From: Podospora anserina
Taxonomy: Eukaryota
NCBI GenBank assembly: GCA_017654855.1
Contig: CM030337.1
Span: 248,001-312,000, forward strand
Length of the DNA: 64,000 bases
Direction of reading: 5' to 3'
Shown: positions 63,921 through 64,000 of the stretch, one piece after another
Layout of the letters: each line of letters opens with the position of its first letter
Position numbering within the stretch: position 1 is the stretch's first letter
Made by a program: the position numbers and the translations under genes
Notes under the pieces: model-generated
What the model was told of the DNA's origin: nothing
Databases searched by the model: none
The model's input: the letters and a program-made list of their open reading frames with translations, nothing else

Positions 63921-64000
63921 CTGACAGAAATTTAGCCCTAGCTCTTGACGAACTCCAATCTCCAGCACAGTCCTGAAGCACCTGGCCAGCATTACGCCAA

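Overview
Filamentous ascomycete genomic DNA (Sordariomycete-like, probably Hypocreales; this is inferred from gene content and intron signals). The window has two sharply different halves. (1) About 1-26.6 kb is an AT-rich nest of transposons degraded by repeat-induced point mutation (RIP): TpA-rich, CpA/TpG-poor, CpG retained. An old Gypsy/chromovirus element (E1) is interrupted by two related full-length elements (E2 7147-13939, E3 18378-26116), a Fot1/pogo DNA transposon (14288-16148) and several solo LTRs. (2) About 26.6-64 kb is gene-rich. It encodes a SulP sulfate permease, two Zn2Cys6 transcription factors, Med18, a DUF4267 protein, guanine deaminase, a secreted tyrosinase, a SIM-motif orphan with an internal stop, a HET-domain protein, a 4-TM protein, a Clr5+TPR protein, a spherulin/germin, a fructosamine-3-kinase and a PTH11-like pseudogene. 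The most unusual observation is a set of 70-nt tRNA-like cloverleafs in the 3' region of the retrotransposons. There are two tandem copies in E2 and one in E3, all antisense and just downstream of an antisense accessory ORF. All calls are by eye from the sequence; no searches were run.
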